From an uncultured Candidatus Entotheonella sp. (GTDB lineage: Bacteria > Tectomicrobia > Entotheonellia > Entotheonellales > Entotheonellaceae): 64,000 bases of DNA. Shown here piece by piece: positions 1-9,373 of this stretch (the stretch's first letter is position 1; every line of letters starts with the position of its first letter). The notes beneath the pieces were generated by a model. The model did not search any database, was not told the origin of the DNA, and saw only the letters and a list, made by a program, of their open reading frames with translations. The position numbers and the translations under genes were made by a program. Location of the stretch: contig OZ244252.1 in assembly GCA_965217185.1 (NCBI GenBank), positions 384,001 through 448,000 of the forward strand, given 5' to 3'.

Positions 1-197
1 GAACTGACGAAATGACCGTCTCTCAAGTTCGGTTGCCACGCGCTCGAAAGTCTCCCGGTCTACCGGGTAAGGATCATCCGAAGGGGGATCATCGCCACAA
101 CCAGCGAGCACCATCCCGGCCGAAAACAGGATCAGTGCCAAGCCGTCAATAGCCCTGAATCTGGCTTGCGATTGAATCAGCATTGGAAGTCTTGTCC

Positions 198-369
198 CTA
201 GCTCATGATGGCTTCAAGTACCGTGTCGAAGTGCTTGTTGGCAGCATCAAAGCGGGCATTGGTCTCTGTCTGCATGCGGTCCATACGCCCGTTGACTTGG
301 TTGAACATCATCCATCGCCATCATAACACCCACCAAGGCAGCGATGTTGCCGATTGCCTTCCAGTCCAT
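198..369 (-). pseudogene. Small membrane-anchored coiled-coil protein, frameshifted
   Basis: GAGGAGGG RBS, then ATG MDWKAIGNIAALVGVMMAM; after a 1-nt shift it continues MFNQVNGRMDRMQTETNARFDAANKHFDTVLEAIMS*. Span is 172 nt (3n+1). Confidence 0.5.
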
Positions 370-584
370 GCACCCTCCTCTCGGTCGTGCCCGAAGCCCT
401 ATCCTGTCTTGTTGCGCCCTGGGCTACGTCCTTCGGAATTCGAGGACCTGAGCACCCATTGGCGGATCTCTTGTGTCGGAAGCCGGGCTATCATCCTGCC
501 GCCGCACCGCAGCTTTACAAGGCCTGGCAAGCGTGTCATGCTCAACGGCTCGCTTGGCTGCGGGTATCCGAGGAGGGCAGGGGT

Positions 585-1910
585 GTGTCCGTTGTCGATC
601 AGAAGCGTTTGCCGGTGGACATTTTCAAGCTCGACGCCGTGCGCCTACAGCAGGGCTGGTACAGCGATCACTACTTCAACAACAGCACCTTTATCCTCGG
701 TGCGTTGGCCGAGCAGGGCTACCGCTTTCAGGGCGCTTGCGCCGCGCTTGCCGCGCAAGGCGTTGACGTGTCACAGGTTGACGTTGGCAACATCGAAGTC
801 GACATGCAGTACTTCACCCGCCGGGCGCCGTTTTCCCTCGTCGCCGGTGTGGATGAGGCGCTGGCCATGTTCAAGCTCTGCACCGGATTCCATGACGATC
901 AAGGCCGCTTCATCAACACCGCTGACAACCTGGAAATCGACGCCGTACACGACGGCGCCAAGGTGGCGCCTTGGGAGCCCGTCATACGGGTGCGGGGCCG
1001 TTACCGCGACTTCGCCATTCTGGAAACGCCCAGCCTCGGCGCCCTGTCCAGACGCACTCGCATTGCAACCAACGTTTTCCAAGCCCTGCAGGCGTCCGGC
1101 GGCAAGTCATTGCTGTTTTTCCCCGCCCGCTTCGACATCTACGAAGCCCAGGCCGGGGATGGCTACGCCTACCGAATCGCCGTCGATGTCTGGAACCTCG
1201 ATCAGCATGACACCCTTGATGCGTACATCTCGACCGAGGCGCAAGGCGATTGGTGGGGCGGCAAAGGCAGCGGCACCATGGCCCACGCCTACCTGCTCTG
1301 CTTCCTCCGCGACACCGTGGAGGCCACGTTGCAATTCGCGTCCCTGATTCCCGCGGAGATCAAGCGCGTGGCTCTGGTTGACGTCAACAACGACTGCGTG
1401 GGCGACAGCGTCCAAACCGCGGTCGCCATGTTCCGGCGCTATCGGGAGCACGTGGAGGCCGGGCGGCTCGACGACGCCGAGCGCTACGTCCTGTTCGGTG
1501 TTCGGCCCGACACCTCGGGCGACATGATCGACGTTAGTGTGGCCCCGCTGGGAGACCCCACGCTGGACTGCGGCGTGAATCCTCGCCTGGTGCGCAACAT
1601 CCGCGAGGCTCTGGATGCCCTGGCGGACCACATCGATCTGCCTTACCGTTGGCTGGAGCGCGCCCGGCGTTATTTCCGCAACATCAAAATCGTGGCCACG
1701 GGCGGCTTTACCCCACAGCGCATTCAGCAGTTCGAGACGCTGCGGGTGCCGGTGGACATTTACGGGGTGGGCTCGTTTTTCTTTGAGGGCGAGAACAACG
1801 ACTTCACGGCCGACGTCGTGCGGGCGAAGATCGACGGCAGTTGGCATGATATGGCGAAGATGGGCCGGGGAGCGCGTCAGAGCGCTCAGTTGCAGTCCGT
1901 CGTTTATTGA
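585..1910 (+). CDS. Nicotinate phosphoribosyltransferase family protein
   Basis: YSDHYF, GTMAHA, VDVNNDC, GVRPDTS, IVATGGF and YGVGS motifs; GTG start after GAGGAGG (ORF track start at 354 is too long). Confidence 0.85.
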   Translation: MSVVDQKRLPVDIFKLDAVRLQQGWYSDHYFNNSTFILGALAEQGYRFQGACAALAAQGVDVSQVDVGNIEVDMQYFTRRAPFSLVAGVDEALAMFKLCTGFHDDQGRFINTADNLEIDAVHDGAKVAPWEPVIRVRGRYRDFAILETPSLGALSRRTRIATNVFQALQASGGKSLLFFPARFDIYEAQAGDGYAYRIAVDVWNLDQHDTLDAYISTEAQGDWWGGKGSGTMAHAYLLCFLRDTVEATLQFASLIPAEIKRVALVDVNNDCVGDSVQTAVAMFRRYREHVEAGRLDDAERYVLFGVRPDTSGDMIDVSVAPLGDPTLDCGVNPRLVRNIREALDALADHIDLPYRWLERARRYFRNIKIVATGGFTPQRIQQFETLRVPVDIYGVGSFFFEGENNDFTADVVRAKIDGSWHDMAKMGRGARQSAQLQSVVY

Positions 1911-2797
1911 GTGAGGACCGTGTGCGAGCATTAGTTGTCTACAAGAGGAGTCATTACGAACTCTATGAATCGCGGACGGGCATCCAGACTCTGCGAGAGC
2001 AGGCGCATCCGTTTGTTCGGTCCATGATGTTGAGTCATGATGCGAACCAGCGCACGCTCGCTGCCGTGCATCGGGCTTTCGACGCCGTGGGGATGACCTA
2101 CGACTGTATCTACCGCGGGGAGTTGCGCAGCGCGGAGGGCTACGACCTGTTATGCAGCGTCGGCGGCGACGGGACTTTCCTGGAGGTGGCGCGCCACAGC
2201 GTGACGACGCCGGTGTTGGGGATCAATTCCGACCCGCAGCGCAGTATCGCCTTATTTTGCGCCGCCGATCAGGATACGGTCCGGAAGCGTCTGGAAGCCG
2301 TCTTGGCGGGTGAACTGCACGAGGTGCGGCTGGCGCGTATGCAGGTGACCTTCAACGGTACCCCGCTCGACTTCTACGCCCTGAATGATCTGTTGTTCTG
2401 TCACGCCAATCCCGCCGCCATGACGTCTTATACCTTGCGGTTGGGCGCCGTGCATGAAACGCAAAAGAGTTCCGGCGTGTGGTTCGCCACTGCTGCGGGG
2501 TCCACCGCGGCCATCCGGTCGGCGGGCGGGCGCCGCCTGCCGCTGCGTTCGCGTCGCCTGCAGTATCTGGTGCGCGAGCCGTACGTTGCCGATGGCTCGC
2601 CCTATCGCTTGGTCAAGGGCGCGGTGGCGCCGGACGCGCAAGTGGAACTGATCTCCAAGACTCGCCAGGGGCGGCTCTACATCGATGGTTCGCACCGGCA
2701 CGTGCCTTGCGGCTTGGGCGACGTGTTGCAGGTGAGCACCACCGCTCCGCCCCTTCGCGTGCTCGGCCTCGACCACCAGCGGCGTGAACGATTCTGA
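1907..2797 (+). CDS. nadK: NAD(+) kinase
   Basis: VGGDGTFL, ALND and TAAGSTAAIRSAGG motifs; overlaps the upstream stop by 4 nt. Confidence 0.9.
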   Translation: MSEDRVRALVVYKRSHYELYESRTGIQTLREQAHPFVRSMMLSHDANQRTLAAVHRAFDAVGMTYDCIYRGELRSAEGYDLLCSVGGDGTFLEVARHSVTTPVLGINSDPQRSIALFCAADQDTVRKRLEAVLAGELHEVRLARMQVTFNGTPLDFYALNDLLFCHANPAAMTSYTLRLGAVHETQKSSGVWFATAAGSTAAIRSAGGRRLPLRSRRLQYLVREPYVADGSPYRLVKGAVAPDAQVELISKTRQGRLYIDGSHRHVPCGLGDVLQVSTTAPPLRVLGLDHQRRERF

Positions 2798-2836
2798 TCG
2801 ATTCGTTCCCCCACTCGTTCAAAAAAGGATGACCCC

Positions 2837-4468
2837 TTGAGCAACGTTGCAAACGCGATGATCGATGTGTTGGCCGAGGCCGGCGTGCGGCACGTCTTTG
2901 GGGTGCCGAGCGGCCCTTGGGCGCCGTTTATGGACGCCATGCGGACCGGGCCGGTGGAGTATGTGCTGACCAGCACGGAGGCCGCCGCCGGGTTCATGGC
3001 CGACGTGTGCAGCCGCATCACCGGTCAGCCCGGCGCCTGTTATGGCACCTTCGGGCCGGGTGCCACGAACCTGTGCACGGGCGTCGGTGCTGCTTATCTG
3101 GACCGCTCGCCGGTGCTGGCGTTCACCACCGAAGCGCCGGAAAGCATGCGGCACCGGACGCTGCAGATGCACATCGATCACCAAGCCCTGTTCGCACCCT
3201 TGACCAAATGGACGACGCGTCTGTCGCCGACAACCATACGCCAGACGCTGCGGCGTGCCGTGCAAGTGGCGACGTCCGAGGTGCCCGGTCCCGTGCACAT
3301 CGGCCTGCCGGCGGATATCGGCAAACAGTCCGCGGCACCGGAAATGGGCAACGCCCCCGTTCAGCGGGGTGCGGCGATGGCGGCTCCTGATGCGGCGCAA
3401 CTGGAGCATATGGCGGATTTGTTGCGGCAGGCGAAACGCCCGCTGCTGGTGGTCGGGCTGTCCTGCCTGCGGGCGACGGGTCACGACGCCCTGGTGCGGT
3501 TCGTCGAGCGGCAGCGCTTGCCCGTCGTTTTCTCACCCATGGCCAAGGGATTTATCAGCGAGCAGCATCCCTCATACGCCGGCGTCCTGTTTCACGCCCT
3601 GAGCGACATCGTTGCCGAGACCATTCAGGATGCCGACTTGGTACTGGCCTTGGGGTACGACCCTATCGAGTTCAACTACGAGGATTGGCTGACCGACGTG
3701 CCGCTCGTCCACGTCGACACGGTTCCTGCCGACGTGGACGCATCGTGCCACCTGGCGGCCGAGGTCGTCGGCGACCTCGGGGCGGCGCTTCATGTTCTGG
3801 CGCAATTGCCGCCCCTGCCGAATGCCTGGGATCTGTCGGCGTTGGAGGACCGGCGGCGGCGCCTGTTCGACACCCTGACGGCGCCGCGCTCGTCCTTGGC
3901 ACCGTCGCAGGTTGTGTCCGCTGTTCAGGAACTGTTGCCCGAAGACGGCTGGCTGGCCTGTGACGTCGGGGCGCACACCCATTTGATCGGCCAGTTGTGG
4001 CACGCCTCAAGACCGGGCCAGTTGATCATGACCAACGGCTGGTCGTCCATGGGTTTTGGCATCCCGGCGGCCCTGGCGGCCAAGCTCTGCCAGCCGCAGC
4101 AAAAGGTGGTGTGCATTACCGGGGATGGGGGATTTCTGATGATGGTGGGTGAGATGGCCACCGCCATGCGTCTGGGGTTGGCGGTGGTGGTCGTCGTGCT
4201 GGTGGACCGGCACCTGCAGCTCATCACCGTCAAGCAGGAACGCCAAGGCTATCCCTGCTACGGCACGCCGCTCTTTCCTGCCGCCTATCCGTCGCCGTCG
4301 CATTATTTCGGCGTTCCCGTGTTGCCGGCAACCACGGTAGCCGAGGTGCACGAGGCGATTGCCCAAGGGCTTGCCGCTTCCGGGCCCGTGATCGTCGAGG
4401 CGTCGGTCGACCCGTCGGAGTACGACGAGATCATTCTGCGTCCCCACAAGCTCGCCGAACGGGCATAA
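2837..4468 (+). CDS. Thiamine pyrophosphate-dependent enzyme (acetolactate synthase-like)
   Basis: VFGVP, EAAAGFMA, GPGATN, MGFGIPAA and GDGGFLM motifs. Confidence 0.85.
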   Translation: MSNVANAMIDVLAEAGVRHVFGVPSGPWAPFMDAMRTGPVEYVLTSTEAAAGFMADVCSRITGQPGACYGTFGPGATNLCTGVGAAYLDRSPVLAFTTEAPESMRHRTLQMHIDHQALFAPLTKWTTRLSPTTIRQTLRRAVQVATSEVPGPVHIGLPADIGKQSAAPEMGNAPVQRGAAMAAPDAAQLEHMADLLRQAKRPLLVVGLSCLRATGHDALVRFVERQRLPVVFSPMAKGFISEQHPSYAGVLFHALSDIVAETIQDADLVLALGYDPIEFNYEDWLTDVPLVHVDTVPADVDASCHLAAEVVGDLGAALHVLAQLPPLPNAWDLSALEDRRRRLFDTLTAPRSSLAPSQVVSAVQELLPEDGWLACDVGAHTHLIGQLWHASRPGQLIMTNGWSSMGFGIPAALAAKLCQPQQKVVCITGDGGFLMMVGEMATAMRLGLAVVVVVLVDRHLQLITVKQERQGYPCYGTPLFPAAYPSPSHYFGVPVLPATTVAEVHEAIAQGLAASGPVIVEASVDPSEYDEIILRPHKLAERA

Positions 4469-4507
4469 AAAAATCCGTCTGCCAGGACGCTGTGCCTAAC
4501 AGACGGA
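4467..4507 (-). terminator. Intrinsic terminator of the cold-shock gene
   Basis: TCCGTCTG/CAGACGGA stem followed by a T7 run on the minus strand, between convergent genes. Confidence 0.65.
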
Positions 4508-4531
4508 CCATTGAGCAGTGCCGCTAACGTA

Positions 4532-4732
4532 TTACGGCTTGTTAACGTTCGTGGCCTGCTCGCCCTTGGGGCCGTTCACAACCTCGAATTCTACCTCTTC
4601 CCCTTCCGAGAGGGTCTTAAAGCCGTCGCCTTGGATCGCTGAGAAGTGTACGAAAATGTCTTTCTCACCCTCACGAGCAATAAAGCCATAGCCCTTGCGA
4701 TCATCAAACCATTTTACCGAACCTTTCGCCAT
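4532..4732 (-). CDS. csp: Cold-shock protein
   Basis: 66 aa with KWF, KGYGFI and DIFVHFSAI motifs. Confidence 0.97.
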   Translation of the reverse strand: MAKGSVKWFDDRKGYGFIAREGEKDIFVHFSAIQGDGFKTLSEGEEVEFEVVNGPKGEQATNVNKP

Positions 4733-4891
4733 GCGACGTTCTCCGTACCTTTTGCATAAAACAGAACTACTTTAGAGAACCGAGCAACAACGCTACGATT
4801 CCCACCAGCAGCACAGAAGGGGTAAGGGGAAGACTACAATGCAACCGGGCATGCCCAAGAGCAACGAGTCCTATAATACCGCTAACCCTCC

Positions 4892-5446
4892 CTACATTGA
4901 GGGCGGCACTATAACAACGGCCCGGAGGGCTGTCAAGAAGTGGTTGGGCAAGGAATTTTGCGGTTCCAAGCGCGTCGATTCACGCGAAAGTTGTTGCAGC
5001 GGATAACGGCGTTCCTGCCACGCCGGCATGCCGCCCTCGAGCACCGCCATGTTGCGATAACCCTGCCGATACAGGAACTGATAGGCCAAACTGGCCAGGT
5101 GATGCGGGCAGGTTCAATACAGCACCACGGGGATGTCGTTGGGGATTTCCTCCAGGCTGTAGGGCAGAATGCCCAAGGGGATGGAAACGGCGCCGGGCAG
5201 GTGGCCGCGCGCGTAGTTGCCGTAGCCGCGTACGTCGATGAGCTTCAGGGGCACATCGGTATCGATGCGGGCTTTCAATTCATCAACGCTGGTGAATTTG
5301 ATGGCAATGTCCTGAGCAACCTTCTGCTGTGCAAACTGCGGGTAGTCGCGGGGGTCCGCCGAGACGGTCGCCGCGCAGGCGAGTCCGAGCACGAGGAGGC
5401 CGCCGGCAAAGCCAGCGACGCGGCGACGCGAGGTTTTGTCTGTCAT
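4892..5446 (-). CDS. Rhodanese-domain selenoprotein (TGA at 5114-5116 read as Sec) with signal peptide, 184 aa
   Basis: ORFs 5114-5446 and 4892-5089 share a frame. Joined they give LIDVR..GHLPGA..PVVLY-U-TCPHHLASLAYQFL..VLEGGMPAW, with TGA at the catalytic Cys position. Confidence 0.88.
5084..5096 (-). promoter_or_regulatory. Putative bacterial SECIS hairpin
   Basis: GGCCA-GTT-TGGCC begins 18 nt 3' of the in-frame TGA; G is first in the apical loop. Confidence 0.65.
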
Positions 5447-5665
5447 GTGCTTATCCTTATGGAAACACGATGCTGCTTGACGTAACGAAACGTTGAACTG
5501 GGCAATGCGGGGATTCTAACCAACCGTCGTGGGGCTGGAAAGGGATATCTTTGGCGGCGGAGACGAAGCTTGTCAGGCGCGTAATGTCTATGGTATTAAC
5601 GTCGCTTCACCACAGCTTAAGAGCCTACGAGAATTTCACGTTCGCATACGGAAGGGGAGACGGCG

Positions 5666-6997
5666 ATGCGGCAAGAGGGGCATGATCGGCGGATAGACGA
5701 GAACGTGTGGCGGCCGGGGACGATTACCCGCCGGCGCTTTGTCGGGGTTGGGGCGGCGTCCGTGGCAGCCGCCGGAGCGCTCGGCGCCGCCATGCTGGTG
5801 CCGTCGCCGTGGCGTCAGGTGTTCGGGGCGGAGAAGCCGATCAAGGTCGGCGGCATTCAGCCACTGACGGGTCCCGCCGCCGGCGGCGGGCTGATGGCGA
5901 AGGTCGGACAGGAAGTCGCCGCCGAGCGCATCAATGCCGCAGGCGGTGTCAACGGACGCCCTATCGAACTGATCGTCGAAGACTCTGAAGGTAAGCCGGC
6001 CGCCGGCATCCGCAAAACCCGCAAGCTGCTCACCCGCGACCTCGTCGACGTGGGGCAGGGCGGCTTCATGAGCAACGTGTGCATCGCCTGCATGCCGGAA
6101 TACCGGCGCGCCCGCATCGTCAACATGATCGGCGTCTGCCTCGATACCACCATTACCACCTCGCGCTGCGACCGCTACACCTTTCGCCCCTTCGATTACG
6201 CCCCGGCGCAGGCGGTGGCCTTTGCGCCGTACCTGGTGAATAACATCGGCAAGAAATGGCACATTCTCTACGCCGATTACGCTTGGGGTCAAACGACCCG
6301 GGATGCCTACCGGGAGGGTATTGAGAACCTAGGCGGCGAAGTGGTCGGCGCCACCGGCATTCCGCTCGGCACGGCTGACATGGTGCCCTTTCTCAGCAGG
6401 ATCAGGGGCGATTTCGACGGCCTGTTCATGATCTTTTTCGGCAAGGACGGCGTCAACGCAGTCACCCAGGCGTACAACCTGGGTCTGCACAACAAGTACC
6501 GTTTCGCCGGCGACGGCGCCGCGGTGGTGGCCGGCACCAATCTCCCGGCACAGCGGGAGAAGGCGCTGGGATTCGTCGGCATCGACCGCTATCTGCCGAT
6601 CTTCCAGGGACCGCTCGATACCGAACACCACAGGAAGTTTTTCGACGCCGTGTTCGAGCAATCGAAGCAATACGACTCCAACGGCATCCTGCCCGACCGC
6701 TACAGTCAATCGAACTTTGAAGCCCTGAACGTCCTGAAGGTCGGCATGGAAGCATGCGATTTCCGCGGCCGTGAGGATACCGAAAAGCTCGTCGAGGCCT
6801 TGGAGGGTCTGCAAGTGTACGCCGGGGACGATTTTCCCACCGGCGATAGGCTGCTGCGCAAGGCCGACCACCAAGCCTTCACCAACGAGTACATCTTCGA
6901 GGTGGTGCAGGGTGACGGCGATACCTACCAGCCCAAGGTGCTGCAAGTCGTGCCGTGGCAGGACACGATCGTGCCGCCGGCGTGTCAGTTTGCTTGA
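5666..6997 (+). CDS. Branched-chain amino acid-type ABC substrate-binding protein, Tat-exported
   Basis: TRRRFV Tat motif; IKVGGIQPLTG, INAAGGVNGRPIELIVED and DYAWG motifs. Confidence 0.9.
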   Translation: MRQEGHDRRIDENVWRPGTITRRRFVGVGAASVAAAGALGAAMLVPSPWRQVFGAEKPIKVGGIQPLTGPAAGGGLMAKVGQEVAAERINAAGGVNGRPIELIVEDSEGKPAAGIRKTRKLLTRDLVDVGQGGFMSNVCIACMPEYRRARIVNMIGVCLDTTITTSRCDRYTFRPFDYAPAQAVAFAPYLVNNIGKKWHILYADYAWGQTTRDAYREGIENLGGEVVGATGIPLGTADMVPFLSRIRGDFDGLFMIFFGKDGVNAVTQAYNLGLHNKYRFAGDGAAVVAGTNLPAQREKALGFVGIDRYLPIFQGPLDTEHHRKFFDAVFEQSKQYDSNGILPDRYSQSNFEALNVLKVGMEACDFRGREDTEKLVEALEGLQVYAGDDFPTGDRLLRKADHQAFTNEYIFEVVQGDGDTYQPKVLQVVPWQDTIVPPACQFA

Positions 6998-7021
6998 ACC
7001 CGGACGCGCTAGCGAGGCGGC

Positions 7022-7768
7022 ATGAGCGACAGCACCCACCCCTTGATCACCGAAAAACTGACCATGCACTTCGGCGGTTTGGCGGCCCTGGAGGACATCG
7101 ATCTGGTCGTCGAGCGGGGCACCACGCACGCCATCATTGGCCCCAACGGCGCCGGCAAGAGCACTTTCTTCAACTGCCTGACGGGCCTGCTGCGTCCGAC
7201 CAGCGGGCGTGTCCTGCTAGAGGGTCGGGACATCACGGGCCTGCCGCCGGAACGCATTTCGCAGCGCGGCGTAGCGCGCTCTTATCAGATCACCAATATC
7301 TTTCCCGGCTCCACCTGCCTGGAGAACATTCGCGTTGCCGTGCAGTCGCGCCAGCCCACCTCGTCGTTCCTGCGGCATCACCGCGCCGATGCGGCTACCT
7401 TGGAGGGCGCGGCGGGAATCATCGAGACCATCGGCCTGGGCGGCAAGGAGGACGTGATGGCCGCCAGCCTTTCCCACGGCGAACAGCGCAATCTGGAGAT
7501 CGGCATCGCCCTGGCGACCGAACCCACGTTGCTCTGCCTGGACGAGCCGACCGCCGGCATGAGCGCCTCGGAAACCCGCGAGATTATGGAGTTGATTCGC
7601 CGCATCGGCGCCAGCCTGACGATTCTCATCGTCGAGCACGACATGCAGGTCGTCATGAGCCTCGCGCAGCGCATCACGGTTCTGGATTACGGCCAGGTTC
7701 TGGCGCAGGGTACGCCCGACGAAATCCAGGCCAACCCGCAGGTGCAGGAAGCCTACCTGAAGATGTGA
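7022..7768 (+). CDS. ABC ATP-binding protein (LivG-like)
   Basis: GPNGAGKS, LSHGEQR, LDEPTAG and VEHDM motifs. Confidence 0.93.
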   Translation: MSDSTHPLITEKLTMHFGGLAALEDIDLVVERGTTHAIIGPNGAGKSTFFNCLTGLLRPTSGRVLLEGRDITGLPPERISQRGVARSYQITNIFPGSTCLENIRVAVQSRQPTSSFLRHHRADAATLEGAAGIIETIGLGGKEDVMAASLSHGEQRNLEIGIALATEPTLLCLDEPTAGMSASETREIMELIRRIGASLTILIVEHDMQVVMSLAQRITVLDYGQVLAQGTPDEIQANPQVQEAYLKM

Positions 7769-7775
7769 GGGAGCC

Positions 7776-8483
7776 ATGCTGAAGTTGCAGGACGTCCAGG
7801 CGTTCTACGGCAAGAGCCACGTGCTGCACGGCGTCAGCCTGGAAGTGGAGGACGGCCAGGTCGTCGGGCTGCTGGGGCGCAACGGGGTGGGGAAGAGCAC
7901 TACCCTGAAAGCCATCATGGGTCTGGTGGCCGTCCAGAGCGGCTCGATCACCTTTGCCGGCAACGACCTGCACCGGCAGAAAGCCTACCGGATTCCCCGC
8001 CTCGGTATTGGCTACGTGCCCGAGGACCGGCGCATCTTTCCCCGGCTGACCGTGCTGGACAACCTGCGGACCGGGTTTGACCGCCAGGGCGCCTCCGCTG
8101 CGCGCACGCAGCAGTTGCTTGAACAGGCGTACGCGAGTTTTCCGCGCCTCAAGGAGCGCCAGCGGCAACTTGCCGGCACCCTGTCCGGCGGCGAGCAGCA
8201 GATGCTGGCCATCGCCCGGGCCATGATGCTCGACCCGAAGATCATCCTGCTGGACGAGCCTACCGAGGGCCTCATGCCGCGCTTGGTGGGACAGATTCGA
8301 GAAATTATCGATGTCTTGCGTCAAGCCAACGTGTCGATTCTGCTGGTGGAGCAGAACGTGCCCATGACCTTGGCCGTCAGCGACCGTGTGTATCTCATGG
8401 AGCGCGGCGCCATCCGCCATGAGGCGCCGGCGAGCGAGCTTTCCGTGGACGACGACGTAATCCACAAGTACTTGGGGGTGTAG
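7776..8483 (+). CDS. ABC ATP-binding protein (LivF-like)
   Basis: GRNGVGKS, LSGGEQQMLAIARA and LDEPTEG motifs. Confidence 0.93.
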   Translation: MLKLQDVQAFYGKSHVLHGVSLEVEDGQVVGLLGRNGVGKSTTLKAIMGLVAVQSGSITFAGNDLHRQKAYRIPRLGIGYVPEDRRIFPRLTVLDNLRTGFDRQGASAARTQQLLEQAYASFPRLKERQRQLAGTLSGGEQQMLAIARAMMLDPKIILLDEPTEGLMPRLVGQIREIIDVLRQANVSILLVEQNVPMTLAVSDRVYLMERGAIRHEAPASELSVDDDVIHKYLGV

Positions 8484-8485
8484 GG

Positions 8486-9358
8486 ATGAGCGAATTGTTT
8501 CAGGACCTGGTGGTGCAGATGCTCATCGGCATTTCCACCGGCTTGATCCTGGCCTTGGTGGCGTCCGGCCTGACCCTCATTTTCGGCATCATGGACGTGG
8601 TGAACTTCGCGCACGGCGAGTTGTTCATGCTGGGCGCCTACATGGGCTGGGTGTTTTTCACCATGACCGGCAGTTTCTGGCTGGGTCTGGCTGCCGCGGG
8701 GTTGTGCGTCTTCGTCTTCGGCCTGATCATGCAGCGCAGCGCGCTGCGCTCGCTCATCGGCAGCGACCCGCTCACCACCATCCTGGCGACCTTTGGGATC
8801 AGCTTGGTCCTGCAGACGGCCGCCATCTGGATCTGGGGGCCGACCGTGCGCCGGGTCGGGGCCGCGATCACGGGTCACATCGTGGTCTTCCACCTGCAGT
8901 TTCCCGTCTACCGCCTCCTGGTTGCCGTTCTGTCCCTCGCCATCATTGGCGGTTTGTGGTTGTTCATGCACCGCGGGCGCTTCGGGCTGTGGATTCGCGC
9001 CACCACTCAGGACCGTCAGATGGCCCTGGCCATGGGCATACCCGTGCCGCTCGTGCACACCGTGGTGTTCGGCATCGGCGCGGCCATGGCGGCCGTGAGC
9101 GGGTACTTGTACGCGCCGATCCTGGGCGTCGACCCGACTATGGGCGTCAACAATATCCTGCGGGCCTTCATCATCGTCGTCGTGGGCGGCATGGGCAATC
9201 TGTGGGGATCGGTGCTCGCCGCAGTTTTCATCGGTGTGCTGGAGGCGCTGGCCGTCATCTGGGTCAGCCCGGCGCTGGCGGTCATTTTCTCCTTTGCCGC
9301 GCTGATCGTAACCCTGCTGGTCCGCCCCACGGGCCTGTTCGCGACGGTGCCGCGTTAA
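8486..9358 (+). CDS. ABC permease (LivH-like)
   Basis: GLTLIFGIMDVVNFAHGE and VVVGGMG motifs; hydrophobic. Confidence 0.93.
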   Translation: MSELFQDLVVQMLIGISTGLILALVASGLTLIFGIMDVVNFAHGELFMLGAYMGWVFFTMTGSFWLGLAAAGLCVFVFGLIMQRSALRSLIGSDPLTTILATFGISLVLQTAAIWIWGPTVRRVGAAITGHIVVFHLQFPVYRLLVAVLSLAIIGGLWLFMHRGRFGLWIRATTQDRQMALAMGIPVPLVHTVVFGIGAAMAAVSGYLYAPILGVDPTMGVNNILRAFIIVVVGGMGNLWGSVLAAVFIGVLEALAVIWVSPALAVIFSFAALIVTLLVRPTGLFATVPR

Positions 9359-9373
9359 GGAAGAGGAGAGACG

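Noticed and set aside
205..584. N-terminal extension of the NAPRTase ORF and the 205-1347 ORF
   Set aside because: A strong RBS precedes GTG at 585; the upstream part overlaps a divergent small gene, and 205-1347 is an alternative frame.
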